NCBI GenBank assembly: GCA_039190745.1
Contig: JBCCXZ010000052.1
Span: forward strand, 1 to 30,322
Length of the DNA: 30,322 nucleotides
Origin: Planctomycetota bacterium
Lineage (GTDB): Bacteria > Planctomycetota > Planctomycetia > Pirellulales > Lacipirellulaceae
Direction: 5' to 3'
In this document: positions 28,695 through 30,322 of the stretch, one piece after another
Layout: each line of letters starts with the position of its first letter
How positions within the stretch are numbered: position 1 is the first letter of the stretch
Program-made: the position numbers and the translations under genes
Notes under the pieces: model-generated
What the model was told of the DNA's origin: nothing
Database searches by the model: none
The model's input: only the letters and a program-made list of their open reading frames with translations

Positions 28695-29165
28695 TTAGGC
28701 AGCCGCCTGGGGCCCCCCGCGGACGACCGTACTCACTACGTCTACAAGCACCTTGGCCGCGGCCTGCGGCTGAGAACGGACGCAACGCCCGATCGCGAGA
28801 CTGGGCGACAACACCGTGGCGATCGACTGGTTGTAGAGTTCCGCCCCGCTCACGGGTTCGTGAGTACCTAACAAGTCCCCGATGCCGTAGGTGGCCGAAG
28901 CGCTGAGAAACTCAAAGACCCCGCTGGTAGCAACCCGGATCGACTGGGTCTCTCCCTCGGGTGATTGCTGCATCGCCACACCAAGGAAGCTGTCGTGGAA
29001 CGCCTCCTGATTGGCAGGCTCTGAGCCTAAGTTCGCGAACGTTCCAGCGGAGACCGCGCTGCCGGAACTGAGGGCGACGAGGTCGCCGACCTCGATCAGA
29101 CTGCTGTCTGCCGGAGCCATCACCGGGTTCGTGTCGCCGTACCGCCATCGCATTACATTTGCCAT
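28695..29165 (-). CDS. Putative capsid decoration/cement protein (156 aa)
   Basis: GGAGG SD; IEVGDLV...FLGVA...IRVATSGVFEF...IGD pattern typical of cement proteins; lies between the scaffold and capsid genes. Confidence 0.65.
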   Translation of the reverse strand: MANVMRWRYGDTNPVMAPADSSLIEVGDLVALSSGSAVSAGTFANLGSEPANQEAFHDSFLGVAMQQSPEGETQSIRVATSGVFEFLSASATYGIGDLLGTHEPVSGAELYNQSIATVLSPSLAIGRCVRSQPQAAAKVLVDVVSTVVRGGPQAAA

Positions 29166-29235
29166 TGCAAGACCTCCAGAATTGAGAGTTAGAAATTTCG
29201 CCCCAGCCCCTCGAAGGGCCGCTATCACTGCGTTT

Positions 29236-30177
29236 CTAAACAGCTTGACCCTTGATCGAACTCACAAACGCCTCGGTCGATACGGGCGGGTCGCCCATGC
29301 GCCCCCAAACGGCCGCCTGATCGGCAGCTACTGGGTGGTCGAGGTTGAGGCGGCCCCGGCGATCCCATACCGCGGCCTGGCGGACCAGCTTGGCTCGTTC
29401 CTCAATCAGCCGCTCCATCTCGAGGGGATCGCAATCCAGTAGGCCTTTAACAAATGCTTCGGTGACGATCGCGTCCACCGCGTCTCCAGACGGCATCGGC
29501 AGGCCATAACGCTCCAACAGCAGACGGATGCGCTCGCGTCGAAGGAGTAACTCTGCCTCGGCGACGGCCGTCTCCTTCTGGGTCTGCGCTTCTTTGAGTC
29601 GCTTCGACTCGTACTCCTGGACCAAGTCAGGACGGTGCAGCAGCAGTGATTCCAAAGTCAACGTATCCCAAGCCGCGACACTCTCTTCGGTACGCTGCTC
29701 GAAAAGCCCTTTCGTGGTTGCGGGGTCTGCGACAAGGTCGACGCTCGCCACTTGCGAAATCTCTTCGACAACTTCCACGCCCTTTTCCCGCGTCATCTTG
29801 GCCAGCACGTTGTGGGAGAAGCCCACGTTTTGGGGGCTGTGCTCGGCGTCCCAGATCAACTGCTCCGCCAGGGGGTGCTTTGGGTTGAAGTGGAGGTCGC
29901 CGAACAATCCGCTCTCCGCGACGAACCGTACTTTTTCCACGGCGCCGATCCGGTCTCTGTAGTCTCTCGGCGCAAGCGGGCCGCCCTGGGCGTGGTTCAC
30001 GTTGACCTTGGCTTTTTCGTAGAGCTCGGCCGACTCCGACAGGGCCCGCTCGCGGTAGACCCGGCCGTTGCGAGACGCCAGCCCCAGGAGTTTCACTCGG
30101 TGAATGACACCGGCGTCACGGTCGACCCGAAGGTCTACGCCGCCGGAGTCGACGTACTCTTGCAGGCTCTCTGTCAT
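29236..30177 (-). CDS. Putative prohead protease/scaffold fusion (313 aa)
   Basis: SRNGRVY, VNVNH, GLFGDL, VGFSH and SVDLVADPA motifs of phage head maturation proteases, followed by a charged helical C-terminus. ATG 30177 has a purine-rich SD. Confidence 0.75.
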   Translation of the reverse strand: MTESLQEYVDSGGVDLRVDRDAGVIHRVKLLGLASRNGRVYRERALSESAELYEKAKVNVNHAQGGPLAPRDYRDRIGAVEKVRFVAESGLFGDLHFNPKHPLAEQLIWDAEHSPQNVGFSHNVLAKMTREKGVEVVEEISQVASVDLVADPATTKGLFEQRTEESVAAWDTLTLESLLLHRPDLVQEYESKRLKEAQTQKETAVAEAELLLRRERIRLLLERYGLPMPSGDAVDAIVTEAFVKGLLDCDPLEMERLIEERAKLVRQAAVWDRRGRLNLDHPVAADQAAVWGRMGDPPVSTEAFVSSIKGQAV

Positions 30178-30198
30178 GTGCCTCTTCCTCGTGGGGAT

Positions 30199-30252
30199 GA
30201 AATAAAAGAGCCCCGCGGTGGATTCCTGAGAGGATCGACCCCGGGGCTCTTT
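30199..30252 (-). terminator. Long hairpin with T-rich tail just upstream of the protease gene (intrinsic terminator/attenuator)
   Basis: AAAGAGCCCCG (30205-30215)/CGGGGCTCTTT (30242-30252) outer stem plus inner GGT/ACC, GAT/ATC and CCT/AGG pairs. On the minus strand the stem runs into TTTTATTTC. Confidence 0.65.
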
Positions 30253-30322
30253 CGGATACCGGTTAAGCGAACCCGCGCTTAAGGCTGCCCAGCGGAAACA
30301 GGGGTTGTAAATGTGCATGCGC

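Larger units (their letters stand above)
24874..30322 (-). mobile_element. Phage-derived head morphogenesis gene cluster (prophage remnant or domesticated, GTA-like element); probably continues beyond the window
   Basis: Eight co-oriented intact genes in head-module order. No tail, lysis or integrase genes before the XRE/FMO flank. Confidence 0.7.

Noticed and set aside
30178..30318. 47-aa N-terminal extension of the protease ORF
   Set aside because: It runs through the terminator-like hairpin. The SD and the protease-like sequence begin at ATG 30177.
1..30322. tRNA, rRNA, CRISPR array, IS element, integrase/att site
   Set aside because: None recognised on either strand by eye; covariance-model and repeat searches were not run.

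Overview
GC-rich bacterial chromosome segment. DUF1559 prepilin-like and PEP-CTERM/dockerin-like genes point to a planctomycete, probably Pirellulales (inference). In order: the 3' part of a primary-type sigma-70 gene with its terminator; a sigma-70 promoter and cobalamin riboswitch heading a translationally coupled three-gene operon (DUF1559 protein plus two PEP-CTERM surface proteins); a membrane protein and an AraC regulator divergent from a large repeat-rich PEP-CTERM protein; a 35-aa small ORF missing from the ORF track; aroE-bioD; a glgA-galT-GH57 alpha-glucan cluster; aspC; ino1; a 44-aa histone-H1-like Lys-rich ORF, also missing from the track, behind a structured leader; a DEAD-box helicase; a solute-binding lipoprotein; an MBL hydrolase; a flavin monooxygenase; and an XRE regulator. 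The right end holds an intact 8-gene phage-head-like operon (protease/scaffold, decoration, major capsid, LamG and accessory proteins, head completion/closure) that ends without tail genes or an integrase in view. The strongest candidates for undescribed systems are this head-only capsid operon and the B12-riboswitch-controlled DUF1559/PEP-CTERM operon. All family assignments come from motif recognition by eye; no database searches were run.
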